From: an uncultured Gammaproteobacteria bacterium
Lineage (GTDB): Bacteria > Patescibacteriota > Patescibacteriia > GWA2-47-26
NCBI GenBank assembly: GCA_964532925.1
Contig: CAZHIP010000001.1
Coordinates: 192,621 to 251,071 of the forward strand
DNA: 58,451 nt
Direction: 5' to 3'
Both the position numbers and the translations under genes were made by a program. Under the pieces are notes generated by a model. The model saw only the letters and a program-made list of their open reading frames with translations, was not told where the DNA came from and did no database searches. Numbering within the stretch: the stretch's first letter is position 1; each line of letters begins with the position of its first letter. This document shows positions 43,469 to 52,572 of this stretch, in pieces.

Positions 43469-46057
43469 ATGCAAGACAAAATCATTATCCGCGGGGCGCG
43501 GGAACATAACCTCAAGAACATTTCGCTGGAATTGCCGCGGAATAAGTTTATTGTGTTTACCGGATTGTCAGGCTCAGGAAAATCGAGTCTTGCTTTTGAT
43601 ACCATTTTTGCTGAAGGTCAGCGCCGGTATGTGGAATCATTGTCTGCATATGCCCGACAGTTTTTGGGCCAGATGGATAAACCAGATGTCGACGAGATCG
43701 AGGGTCTTTCGCCGGCTATTTCTATTGACCAAAAAGCGCATTCGTCCAACCCGCGTTCAACGGTTGCAACGATTACGGAAATCTACGACTACCTCCGCGT
43801 GCTCTATGCCCGCGTTGGTCATCCGCATTGTATTTTGTGCGGCGATCCAATCTCACGACTGACCACCGAAGAAATGGTTAATCTTGTTGTGCAGCGGATT
43901 TCTTCTCAAGGTAGCCCTTCGACAAATTCAGGGAGTATTTTAGATAAGGTTACCGTTCTTGCACCCGTCGTTGTGGGACGAAAAGGCGAGTATCACCAGA
44001 TGCTCTATGATTTTTATAATCAAGGTTTTGCCGAAGCACGGATCAATGGCGTGATGAAGAAGTTGCGCGAGCGGGTGGTTCTTGCGCGCTATAAAGCTCA
44101 TGACATCGACCTCGTGGTCGACAAAGTGCCGATTGGTTGGCCTATTGAAAACAACAAAGCGTTTCGTGCACACTTGGCCGAAGCGATTGAGAGTGGTTTG
44201 AAGTTTGGTCACGATGTCGTGAAGATTGGCGTTGGCGATGAAGAGATGACCATGTCATCGAAGTTTGCTTGCCCCAAAGACGGCTTCTCTTTTCCCGAAA
44301 TTGAACCGCGTTTGTTTAGTTTTAATAGTCCGTATGGTGCGTGCCAAACGTGCCATGGCCTGGGAACAGAATCGTTATTTTCAGAAAAGGTTTGTCTTGA
44401 GTGCAATGGTCAGCGCTTACGCAAAGAATCTTTGGCAGTGACCGTGAATGGAAAGAATATTGTTGAAACAGTAGGAATGAATATTGCTGATGCGTTTGAG
44501 TTTTTTAATAATTTAGGTAGCCATTCGACAAGCTCAGGGAGTAAGAGGCATAAAGGACTTACCGAAACCGAATTCGAAATCGCATTTCCGGTGCTCCGCG
44601 AAGTAACGGCGCGTATTAAGTTCATGTTGGATGTCGGACTTGAATATCTCACGCTCGATCGTCGTGCCGGAACACTGTCTGGTGGTGAGGCGCAACGTAT
44701 TCGTTTGGCATCACAACTTGGTTCGCGACTCACAGGCACGCTCTATGTGCTCGACGAACCAACTATTGGTCTTCATCAACGAGATAACGAACGCTTAATT
44801 GCCACGCTGAAAGATTTGCGTGATCTAGGAAATACGGTGATTGTGGTCGAGCATGATACCGATACAATTCTTGCTTCAGACCATATGGTTGAGCTTGGAC
44901 CTGGTGCTGGCAAACATGGCGGCCATATTGTTATCGAGGGCGCCATCAAAGATGTGCTCGCGGCGAAGCCGGGTAAAAGTCTGACTATCGATTACCTTAC
45001 CAACAAGAAAAAGATTCCACTGGCAGACGAACGCCGCACCAAAAAGAAAGGCGCAATTAAAATTATTGGTGCCACAGAAAACAACTTGAAAAACCTAACG
45101 GTAGAAATTCCGCTCGGCCGCATGGTCGTGGTCACGGGTGTTTCAGGCTCGGGTAAGTCAACGCTTGTGAATGATATTGTCTACAAAAAGCTCGCCAACA
45201 AGTTTAATGGCGCACGACATCGCGTTGGCAAGCACAAAGACATGATTGGCGTGGAAGATGTTGATGGCGTAGTCGACGTTGATCAGTCGCCGATTGGTCG
45301 AACACCACGTTCGAACCCCGCCACCTACACGGGCGTGTTCAGCCACATCCGCGACCTGTTCGCCGAACTCCCTGACGCAAAAGTACACGGATATAAACCC
45401 GGCCGGTTTAGTTTTAATGTTCCGACGAAGCGAGGTGGTGGACGCTGCGAGCATTGTGAAGGTAATGGGATGATCGCGATCGAGATGCACTTTTTGCCAA
45501 CCGTGTATGTGAAGTGCGATGTCTGCAAGGGTCGGCGATTTGATCGTGAGACGCTCGACGTGCTCTACAATGGCAAGAGTATTTATGATGTACTCTCGAT
45601 GACGGTCGAAGATGCGGCCATATTTTTCCGCGATATTCCACACGTAAATGATCGCATGCGTGTGATGAGTGAGGTTGGTTTGGGGTATTTAGAACTTGGG
45701 CAATCTGCAACCACGCTTTCTGGTGGTGAGGCGCAGCGCGTGAAGTTGTCTGCCGAACTCGCCGGTCGTCGCCGCGGCAAGATTCTGTACATTCTCGACG
45801 AACCAACCGTGGGTCTTCACTTCGAAGATGTGCGCCGGTTGATTGAAGTGCTTGATCGGTTGGTTCAGCAGGGGAATACGGTTTTGATTATCGAGCATAA
45901 TCTCGACGTGATTAAATGCGCTGACTACATTGTTGACCTTGGACCAGAAGGTGGTACTGGTGGCGGCACACTGGTTGCTCATGGCACACCCGAAGACATT
46001 GCGCGCTCGGCCAAGTCACATACGGGAAGATACTTGAAAGAAGTTTTGAAGAGTTAA
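43469..46057 (+). CDS. uvrA: Excinuclease ABC subunit A (shortened form)
   Basis: Two ABC modules ([22 protein letters not shown]; LSGGEAQR twice) and zinc-finger Cys pairs. 862 aa. Confidence 0.95.
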   Translation: MQDKIIIRGAREHNLKNISLELPRNKFIVFTGLSGSGKSSLAFDTIFAEGQRRYVESLSAYARQFLGQMDKPDVDEIEGLSPAISIDQKAHSSNPRSTVATITEIYDYLRVLYARVGHPHCILCGDPISRLTTEEMVNLVVQRISSQGSPSTNSGSILDKVTVLAPVVVGRKGEYHQMLYDFYNQGFAEARINGVMKKLRERVVLARYKAHDIDLVVDKVPIGWPIENNKAFRAHLAEAIESGLKFGHDVVKIGVGDEEMTMSSKFACPKDGFSFPEIEPRLFSFNSPYGACQTCHGLGTESLFSEKVCLECNGQRLRKESLAVTVNGKNIVETVGMNIADAFEFFNNLGSHSTSSGSKRHKGLTETEFEIAFPVLREVTARIKFMLDVGLEYLTLDRRAGTLSGGEAQRIRLASQLGSRLTGTLYVLDEPTIGLHQRDNERLIATLKDLRDLGNTVIVVEHDTDTILASDHMVELGPGAGKHGGHIVIEGAIKDVLAAKPGKSLTIDYLTNKKKIPLADERRTKKKGAIKIIGATENNLKNLTVEIPLGRMVVVTGVSGSGKSTLVNDIVYKKLANKFNGARHRVGKHKDMIGVEDVDGVVDVDQSPIGRTPRSNPATYTGVFSHIRDLFAELPDAKVHGYKPGRFSFNVPTKRGGGRCEHCEGNGMIAIEMHFLPTVYVKCDVCKGRRFDRETLDVLYNGKSIYDVLSMTVEDAAIFFRDIPHVNDRMRVMSEVGLGYLELGQSATTLSGGEAQRVKLSAELAGRRRGKILYILDEPTVGLHFEDVRRLIEVLDRLVQQGNTVLIIEHNLDVIKCADYIVDLGPEGGTGGGTLVAHGTPEDIARSAKSHTGRYLKEVLKS

Positions 46058-46064
46058 CCACAGC

Positions 46065-46096
46065 CCGCTCGCAATATTGCGAGCGGTTTTGTTTTT
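46065..46096 (+). terminator. Rho-independent terminator
   Basis: CCGCTCGCAA-TA-TTGCGAGCGG palindrome followed by TTTTGTTTTT. Confidence 0.85.
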
Positions 46097-46101
46097 ATTG
46101 G

Positions 46102-46110
46102 TGGTATAAT
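46102..46110 (+). promoter_or_regulatory. Extended -10 box TGgTATAAT
   Basis: It ends 8 nt before ATG 46119, so the AAA+ gene transcript is probably leaderless. Confidence 0.55.
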
Positions 46111-46118
46111 TATCACCT

Positions 46119-47102
46119 ATGGATTTCAAGACACTGTCGATTGTATTTTTCGTTTTGGGTATTGCGGTGTATGTACAAAGCCGCAGAAAAGGCGGTATGA
46201 GTTTTTCTCGTGCTAAAATTTCTGGTCAATTTACCGAAGACCTCACCGACGAAGCAAAAACCGGCACACTCGATCCTGTAATCGGCCGTGAAGATGAAAT
46301 CGACCGCGTCATTCATATTTTAATGCGCCGTACGAAGAATAACCCCCTTTTGATTGGTCCAGCGGGAGTGGGGAAGACTGCCATTGTGGAAGGCCTCACT
46401 CGTCGTATTGTTGAAGGGTCAGTTCCCGAAGCACTCAAAGGTAAACGCGTCTTCGCGCTTAAGGTTAGTTCCATGCTCGCCGGCACCAAATACCGCGGCG
46501 ACATGGAAGATCGAGCACAGAAGATGGTGCTTGAACTCGAGAAGTCTGGTCGTTCGACTATTTTGTTTATTGACGAAATCCACTCGTTGGTCCAGGCAAA
46601 AGGAACAGAGGGCGCAGTGAATTTATCTGATATTTTCAAGCCAGCATTGGCACGCGGTAAGTTTTCTGTTATTGGTGCGACTTCACTCAAGGAATACGAT
46701 GAGTACATCATGACCGATGAAACATTGGAGCGCCGGTTCCAGCCCGTCATGATCGATGAGCCGTCGGTGAAAGACGCCATTGCGATTATCCAAGGCTTGA
46801 AAGGTCAATATGAATCGTTTCATGGCGTGACTATTAGTAATGAGGCAGTCAACGCCGCCGTAAAGCTATCGCACGAATATATCCATAAGCGCAACCTGCC
46901 GGATAAAGCCATTGACCTTATCGATGAAGCCGCAGCAATGGTAAAGATTGACTCAGAACGCGCACATGGTGCTTTGGGTGCTCTTCACGCTGCTGCGAAA
47001 CGTCGCGCCGAAGGTCATAAGGCCATGAAGAACCAACCAGTAGTGATGGCCCAACACATCCGCGAGATCGTAGAAGAGTGGGTGGGGCACAAAGTTAAAT
47101 GA
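46119..47102 (+). CDS. Membrane-anchored AAA+ ATPase corresponding to the D1 module of ClpA/ClpB/ClpC only
   Basis: N-terminal TM helix ([14 protein letters not shown]). It then has [43 protein letters not shown], Walker B LFIDEIH, RRFQPV and [12 protein letters not shown]. The protein ends after the D1 small subdomain, with no D2 module. Confidence 0.85.
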   Translation: MDFKTLSIVFFVLGIAVYVQSRRKGGMSFSRAKISGQFTEDLTDEAKTGTLDPVIGREDEIDRVIHILMRRTKNNPLLIGPAGVGKTAIVEGLTRRIVEGSVPEALKGKRVFALKVSSMLAGTKYRGDMEDRAQKMVLELEKSGRSTILFIDEIHSLVQAKGTEGAVNLSDIFKPALARGKFSVIGATSLKEYDEYIMTDETLERRFQPVMIDEPSVKDAIAIIQGLKGQYESFHGVTISNEAVNAAVKLSHEYIHKRNLPDKAIDLIDEAAAMVKIDSERAHGALGALHAAAKRRAEGHKAMKNQPVVMAQHIREIVEEWVGHKVK

Positions 47103-47108
47103 TATAAT
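47100..47108 (+). promoter_or_regulatory. Extended -10 box TGaTATAAT overlapping the AAA+ gene stop codon
   Basis: The TGA stop at 47100-47102 doubles as the TGn of the extended -10. It lies 28 nt upstream of ATG 47137. Confidence 0.45.
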
Positions 47109-47136
47109 GGTTTTATTGTCAGTTTTCAGTATTCTT

Positions 47137-48405
47137 ATGCCACGAGGGAAAAAAGCGAATACAAAAGTGCGAACGCGTGTTACCACCGGGACTGCAGTTG
47201 CGCTCGTATTTTTAAGTGCATCCGCAGCATTTGCTGCCGCAGCGTTTACCAAGCTCGATGTGAAGCTTGGAGCAGTAAAGCAAAACACTCAGATAAGAAG
47301 AACACAGAAAGATCCTAAAGAAGCAGCGGTGCAGTTGGCGGGTAAAGTTCCCGTCGGTCGATTACCAGGTGTGAGTAGCCAGACCAGCAGTTTGACAATG
47401 GCCCTTGATGGCGACACGCCTCTCCTCGGTATTATTGTTGCAGGCACTACAAACGTGCCTATGCTCAAAGCACGTTTTGTTGCGGTTGGTGAAGCGTTTA
47501 CGGTCAAGAAATTGCGTATATTTAATAACAATGTGTCCAACGACACCGGTATTAGTCAAGTTAAGCTTACCTATCCGGTTGTTGGCGGTGCTCTTGAAAC
47601 CAGGGCAGGTATATTAGAAAACGGTATGGTGAACATAGGAGATTTAAATATCTATGTACAACCCAATACGCCGACCGTCCTTTCTGTTACGGTTGATCTC
47701 GCGGAAGTTTTGGTGCCAGATATTTCGGGAGATTCGCCTCAATTAAGCATCGATTACAATGATAATTTCGAAGCAATTGGTCTAAACTCGGGAACAGTAG
47801 TTACCTCCATTGGCACAGATGATGTGGTGGGAAACCAGATGGTGGTGCATAAGACCAAGCCAACAGTCGCTCTGTCTGCACTATCTCCAGCAGGTGTGGG
47901 AGTTCCTGGTGTGCATGATGTATTACAATTTAGCGTCACCGCAGACCGTAACGGTGATGTGCTGCTCCGTCAACTTGGATTTAAAATCAATGCAACTGAT
48001 AATGCAAATACCGACTGGAACACTGGCCGTAATCTGACACCATCAAAGTTTTCTTTATTTGACACCACGAGCGTGAGTGAGCCGCTTAATTGTACGTGGA
48101 GTGAATATGGTACACCTGGGTTTATTGAGCCGGGGGTACGAGAAGATGTTGGTTATGCGGTGTGCTTGTTTGCTGAGCCTAAGACGATTGCGGCAGGAAC
48201 CACGAAAACGTTTACCATGAAAATGGATACATCTGGAGCTTCTATCACCGCCCATGATGTTGTACGTGTTGATATTCCTGATGCACGAACAGGCACCGCG
48301 GTGATCAGTATCAGCTGGGGGGAGGTCGGCGTTGGTGCTATGACATATATCGATGCAACGGCGGTCAGAAGTTTGCCTATTGTTGGCGGTGCCATTCATT
48401 ATTAA
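47137..48405 (+). CDS. Secreted/anchored surface protein, paralog A
   Basis: 422 aa from ATG 47137. Its N-terminus MPRGKKANTKVRTRVTTGTAVALVFLSASAAFAAAAFTK is nearly identical to paralog B. It contains repeated beta-rich modules and ends LPIVGGAIHY. Confidence 0.8.
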   Translation: MPRGKKANTKVRTRVTTGTAVALVFLSASAAFAAAAFTKLDVKLGAVKQNTQIRRTQKDPKEAAVQLAGKVPVGRLPGVSSQTSSLTMALDGDTPLLGIIVAGTTNVPMLKARFVAVGEAFTVKKLRIFNNNVSNDTGISQVKLTYPVVGGALETRAGILENGMVNIGDLNIYVQPNTPTVLSVTVDLAEVLVPDISGDSPQLSIDYNDNFEAIGLNSGTVVTSIGTDDVVGNQMVVHKTKPTVALSALSPAGVGVPGVHDVLQFSVTADRNGDVLLRQLGFKINATDNANTDWNTGRNLTPSKFSLFDTTSVSEPLNCTWSEYGTPGFIEPGVREDVGYAVCLFAEPKTIAAGTTKTFTMKMDTSGASITAHDVVRVDIPDARTGTAVISISWGEVGVGAMTYIDATAVRSLPIVGGAIHY

Positions 48406-48422
48406 ACAGAGGTTTTGTATTG

Positions 48423-48431
48423 TGGTATAAT
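48423..48431 (+). promoter_or_regulatory. Extended -10 box TGgTATAAT
   Basis: It lies about 30 nt upstream of ATG 48461. Confidence 0.5.
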
Positions 48432-48460
48432 TTCAGCAACTTAAACTCTCATTATTTTTT

Positions 48461-50035
48461 ATGCCACGCGCAAAAAAGCCGAGTACTAAAGTACGAACAG
48501 GGGTAACCACTGGCACTGCAGTAGCAATGTTATTTCTAACCGCATCGGCTGCTTTTGCTGCCGCTGCGTTTACAAAGGTGCCAATGAAGACTCCATTTTT
48601 GAAATCTGTTATCGCACCAGATTTGACGTTTATTGTAGATAAGCCGGGTGTAGCAATTTTTTCTGACTCGACAACACTTCAGCTGCAAGCAGTTTACAGA
48701 AATGTGGGTTCTGTGGAAGCGGGTAAGCATCAATCCTCTTGCTATTTCATGGATAAAAACAAAACTGCACTGCCCGTTGGGCGATTGGATTGGGGTGTTG
48801 ACCCAATTCCGCCGGGAGGTATTAAAGAGGTAGATGTGCGTGTCACCAATGTCCCGGTTGAGGCAGTCTATATTGGTCTAGGCGTTGATACCACAAATAA
48901 TGTACCTGAATCGTCAGAGGCTAATAATGAGATGGTGATTGCATTAGCTCGACCTTCAGTAGCAGCGCAGCCAGGTGCAATAGCAATGCGCTTGGGTGAT
49001 GATACACCTATTTCACGGATTATTGTTGGCGGCACAAATGACGTTCCCATGCTGAAAGTTCGCTTTATTGCTACCGGAGAAGCATTTACGGTCAAAAAAC
49101 TCCGTATTTTCAATGATAACCCCGAAGATGACACTGGTATTGCTCAGATCAAGTTAACATATCCGACGTCGAGTGGTGCAACAGAGACAAAAACAGGAGT
49201 TTTTGAAAGTGGTGTTATGAATTTCCAGGGCTTGAATATGTATGTTCCTGCCAATGCAGACACTTCGTTGATCGTTAGCGCAGATCTTTTGCAGTTTACT
49301 CGAGTGGGTATTTCTGGCGATACACCGCAATTCGGAATTGATTACGATAGCAATTTTGAAGCTCAAGGTCAGAGTTCGGGGGTGGTATTCACTTCTGTTG
49401 GTTCATCCGATGTTGTTGGTAATACTATGGTTGTACGTAAGACAAAACCGACCATTACGTTAGCTTCGAGTAGTCCTGCGGGCGCTGGAGTTCCCGGGCT
49501 GAATGAGGTTCTTCGGTTTACTGTAACGGCTGACGCAGCAAGCAGCCTTGTGTTCCAGAAGATTTCCTTTAAAGTTAGCTCTACTGATATATCAGGAAAT
49601 GGTTGGAATAAAAATGACAGTACGATTGGCAAGATTGCAAAAACATCAGCCTGGTCACTCTATGATGCAGCCGATTCGAGCACTCAGCTCGAAGGCAGTG
49701 ATGCGGATTGGACTCTCTATGGCAATGGCCAAGCTGACAGTACTCTAAGCGGCAGTGAGGTTGTAGGGTATGCACATCTATACCTAACTAACTTTATTAC
49801 GATTCCTGCTGGGACCTCAAAAAACTTTATCTTGAAAGTTGATGCCACTGGCGCATCGTCTCAAGCGGATGATGTCGTGCGCTTTGATATATTAAATGAG
49901 GGAGGTGCGGGGAATATGGCGCTTCGAGCGTTGGATGAGTTCCAGTGGACTGAAACCGGAGCGTTCGTTACCCCACCTATCAATGGTATCTTTGTGAAGA
50001 ATCTGCCAGTCATTGGCGGAACAATCATTTATTAG
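48461..50035 (+). CDS. Secreted/anchored surface protein, paralog B, with an extra CARDB-like domain
   Basis: 524 aa, collinear with paralog A (for example NDVPMLKVRFIATGEAFTVKKLRIFN versus TNVPMLKARFVAVGEAFTVKKLRIFN). The extra segment at about aa 52-161 ends ...GLGVDTTNNVPESSEANNE, which is CARDB-like. It ends LPVIGGTIIY. Confidence 0.8.
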   Translation: MPRAKKPSTKVRTGVTTGTAVAMLFLTASAAFAAAAFTKVPMKTPFLKSVIAPDLTFIVDKPGVAIFSDSTTLQLQAVYRNVGSVEAGKHQSSCYFMDKNKTALPVGRLDWGVDPIPPGGIKEVDVRVTNVPVEAVYIGLGVDTTNNVPESSEANNEMVIALARPSVAAQPGAIAMRLGDDTPISRIIVGGTNDVPMLKVRFIATGEAFTVKKLRIFNDNPEDDTGIAQIKLTYPTSSGATETKTGVFESGVMNFQGLNMYVPANADTSLIVSADLLQFTRVGISGDTPQFGIDYDSNFEAQGQSSGVVFTSVGSSDVVGNTMVVRKTKPTITLASSSPAGAGVPGLNEVLRFTVTADAASSLVFQKISFKVSSTDISGNGWNKNDSTIGKIAKTSAWSLYDAADSSTQLEGSDADWTLYGNGQADSTLSGSEVVGYAHLYLTNFITIPAGTSKNFILKVDATGASSQADDVVRFDILNEGGAGNMALRALDEFQWTETGAFVTPPINGIFVKNLPVIGGTIIY

Positions 50036-50050
50036 TTGTATCGAATCTAA

Positions 50051-50080
50051 AACCACCCTGCACCCCAGGGTGGTTTTGTT
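50051..50080 (+). terminator. Rho-independent terminator
   Basis: AACCACCCTG-CACCC-CAGGGTGGTT hairpin followed by TTGTT. Confidence 0.8.
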
Positions 50081-50119
50081 ATTGATAAACTTCTGATTTT
50101 CTGGTAGCCTAGCTTAGTT

Positions 50120-51430
50120 ATGGCCATTCCGAAGACTATCAAAATTAAACAGGGGATGCTCCCACAGCAACCAGGCGTCTACATCATGAAAGACATGGGT
50201 GGTGTCATTTTGTATGTTGGGAAGGCTACATCGCTCAAGTCGCGGGTGGAGTCATATTTTACGCGTCCGGCGAGTGACCGTATTGCAGAAATGGTCACAC
50301 AAATCGCCTCGATTGATTGGCACCCAACCCCAACGGCACTTGATGCACTACTTCTCGAGGCGCGACTCATTAAAGAACACATGCCGCCGTACAATGTGCT
50401 CGGTCGCGACAATAAGAGCTTTCTCTATGTGGTATTTATGAAGGAAGACTTTCCGCGGCCGCTTCTGATTCGCTTACCAGAACTTAAAATAATTCGAACA
50501 GAGAAAAAGATTCTTGCGGAATTTGGGCCATTTCTTTCGGCGGCATCTTTGCGCGCGGGGTTAGATATTTTACGCAAGAGTTTTCCGTGGTGTGAGAAGG
50601 GGCCACTTGATACGAAGAGTAAAAACAGAAAACCAAAAGCGTGTTTTTATTATCACCTCAAACAATGTCCAGGTGTGTGTGTTGGTGCAATTTCAAAACA
50701 AGAATATAAAAAGGGGATTCGTCGTTTGATTCAGTTCTTCCAAGGCAAACGCCAGCAAGTTGAGCGCGCCATGGAGCGCGATATGCAGGCGTACTCTGAA
50801 ATGGAGGATTTTGAACGCGCTGCCACCGTGCGTAATCAATTGAGTGCATTACGTCATATTCGTGACATTGGATTGGTGAAGCGTGATTTTTATGAGGATG
50901 CACCCATTGTTACGCCGGGGACCATCAATATGGCCGGTCGCATTGAGGCCTACGACATTTCAAATATCAGCGGTAAGTTTTCGGTTGGTTCTATGGTGGT
51001 GTTTCAAAATGGTGTGGCGACGCCAACAGAACACAGAATTTTTAATATTAAATCAGTGAAGGGACCGAACGATGTTGCATCATTAAAGGAGGTCTTAATT
51101 CGCCGGTTTGCGCATGTGCCAGGAGGCAGCAAAGATGCGTGGCCAATGCCAGAACTTGTACTCATCGACGGCGGTCTTCCGCAATTGCACGTCGCGCAAA
51201 TCGCCATGAATATTCGGCGCGTTCATGTGCCGCTTATGTCCTTGGCAAAAGGCATTGATCGCAAAGGTGTGACCTTTTTTCACCGAGCCGATCCCGAACT
51301 CGAGCGTATTGGAAAAGACTACAAAGATTTATTGGTAAATCTACGTGACGAATCGCATCGGTTTGCTATCAAAGAATATCGCAAACGGCATAGAAAATCG
51401 CTTATTTCAGGTGAAAAACCTGCAGTATAA
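50120..51430 (+). CDS. uvrC: Excinuclease ABC subunit C (short form without the C-terminal HhH2 region)
   Basis: GIY-YIG domain (PGVYIMKDMGGVILYVGKATSLKSRV), UVR motif (FERAATVRNQLSALRHI) and an endonuclease V-like region (IEAYDISNISG). 436 aa. Confidence 0.88.
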   Translation: MAIPKTIKIKQGMLPQQPGVYIMKDMGGVILYVGKATSLKSRVESYFTRPASDRIAEMVTQIASIDWHPTPTALDALLLEARLIKEHMPPYNVLGRDNKSFLYVVFMKEDFPRPLLIRLPELKIIRTEKKILAEFGPFLSAASLRAGLDILRKSFPWCEKGPLDTKSKNRKPKACFYYHLKQCPGVCVGAISKQEYKKGIRRLIQFFQGKRQQVERAMERDMQAYSEMEDFERAATVRNQLSALRHIRDIGLVKRDFYEDAPIVTPGTINMAGRIEAYDISNISGKFSVGSMVVFQNGVATPTEHRIFNIKSVKGPNDVASLKEVLIRRFAHVPGGSKDAWPMPELVLIDGGLPQLHVAQIAMNIRRVHVPLMSLAKGIDRKGVTFFHRADPELERIGKDYKDLLVNLRDESHRFAIKEYRKRHRKSLISGEKPAV

Positions 51431-51481
51431 GGATTGACAAATTGTCTAAAAAATGATAGCCTTTTTACCAGGAGGTGCAGC

Positions 51482-51868
51482 ATGAACACTGCATTTTTGG
51501 TTCTTCTGATCGCGTATCTCATCGTCGGAGTCGCGTATAGCTTCTACGCTGTGCACGTTTGGTGCACAGAAGAGAGGCGTAGTCTGATTCAGTGTTTCAT
51601 CGCCTTTCCACTCAATCGCGGCTTCGATGGGATGGCGCCGCTCGCTGAGATGCTCCTCGACGGTCACACGTCGGACTGGACATTCGGCAGAATCGTGTAC
51701 CAAATGGGCATTGTGTTCTTCTGGCCCACGAAGATCGCCATGATGACACTCATCGGCGTGATGTACATGCCGTACGCTGTGCTCTTCGTAACTGTTTTTT
51801 TCTACTACTACGTGTTCGGCGTGCGTGCAAATCCCGCGCCACATGTAACTCGCATGTTCATGAGGTGA
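51482..51868 (+). CDS. Small integral membrane protein, paralog 1
   Basis: 128 aa with SD AGGAGG 7 nt upstream of ATG 51482. It has an N-terminal TM segment plus C-terminal TM segments and mostly G/C-ending codons. Its own terminator follows. Confidence 0.7.
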   Translation: MNTAFLVLLIAYLIVGVAYSFYAVHVWCTEERRSLIQCFIAFPLNRGFDGMAPLAEMLLDGHTSDWTFGRIVYQMGIVFFWPTKIAMMTLIGVMYMPYAVLFVTVFFYYYVFGVRANPAPHVTRMFMR

Positions 51869-51891
51869 AAGTGAATGCCGCGCCACACCTC

Positions 51892-51929
51892 GGGCTCTCG
51901 CAATCAGCTTGCGGAGCCCTTCTTTTTTA
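51892..51929 (+). terminator. Rho-independent terminator
   Basis: GGGCTCTCGCAA-TCAGC-TTGCGGAGCCC hairpin followed by TTCTTTTTT. Confidence 0.85.
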
Positions 51930-51967
51930 TTTCTGGATAACGTAATCTGTTACTGGGGAGGTGTCGA

Positions 51968-52378
51968 ATGCTAGAAGTTCTTTTGCTTGTTGTGTTCTAT
52001 CTGGTGATTGGTCGCTTCGTTGCCGAGCAGTCTATGTGGCAGTGGCATACGCGCTCACGACGAGGACGGATTGCTCGGTTCTTGTGGTTTCCGCTCTTTA
52101 CCTTGAGTGGTATGTCGATTAATCGTGAGCCACTCGTTGGGCGTATTGTATGGGAAAGCGAGCATGAGCCCGATCCTACACGCGCTGAGCGGATGCTAAC
52201 GTTCTTTGTCGTCGGTATGGCTCTCCTTTGGCCACTTGCTGTCGCGTGGTCGCTCCTTTGGTCAACAATCGTTTCTTCTGGTGTGATTGCACTGGCTGTT
52301 GTTTGGCTCGTCCTTATTTGCGGAGCTTGGTTGTTTGATGAGCTTCCCAAGAAGTTGCGACGCCGCAATTCATCGTGA
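51968..52378 (+). CDS. Small integral membrane protein, paralog 2
   Basis: 136 aa with SD GGGGAGGTG upstream. It has the same architecture as the preceding ORF (LVVFYLVIG vs LLIAYLIVG; FLWFPL vs FIAFPL; GRIVWE vs GRIVYQ; LLWPLAVA vs FFWPTKIA). Confidence 0.7.
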   Translation: MLEVLLLVVFYLVIGRFVAEQSMWQWHTRSRRGRIARFLWFPLFTLSGMSINREPLVGRIVWESEHEPDPTRAERMLTFFVVGMALLWPLAVAWSLLWSTIVSSGVIALAVVWLVLICGAWLFDELPKKLRRRNSS

Positions 52379-52413
52379 CACAATACATCTCTGCCCTGTT
52401 TGCATTCTCTGTG

Positions 52414-52447
52414 CCCCGAGCGTTCATTCGCCCGGGGTTCTTTTTTT
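52414..52447 (+). terminator. Rho-independent terminator
   Basis: CCCCGAGCG-TTCATT-CGCCCGGGG hairpin followed by TTCTTTTTTT. Confidence 0.8.
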
Positions 52448-52462
52448 ATGAACGATTTTTAT

Positions 52463-52486
52463 AGTCTTATTCGTACGAATAAGACT
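52463..52486. repeat. Palindromic element, copy 2 (AGTCTTATTCGTACGAATAAGACT)
   Basis: A perfect 24-bp palindrome. Its first 14 nt and last 10 nt are identical to the outer parts of the element at 11767-11811. Confidence 0.85.
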
Positions 52487-52572
52487 ACCTGTTATATTTG
52501 AAAACTTATCCCCAAAAAGGGGGCTTGCAGTGGGTTGAGGCGTTATAAAAAGTGGGGTACAATATCTACGTA

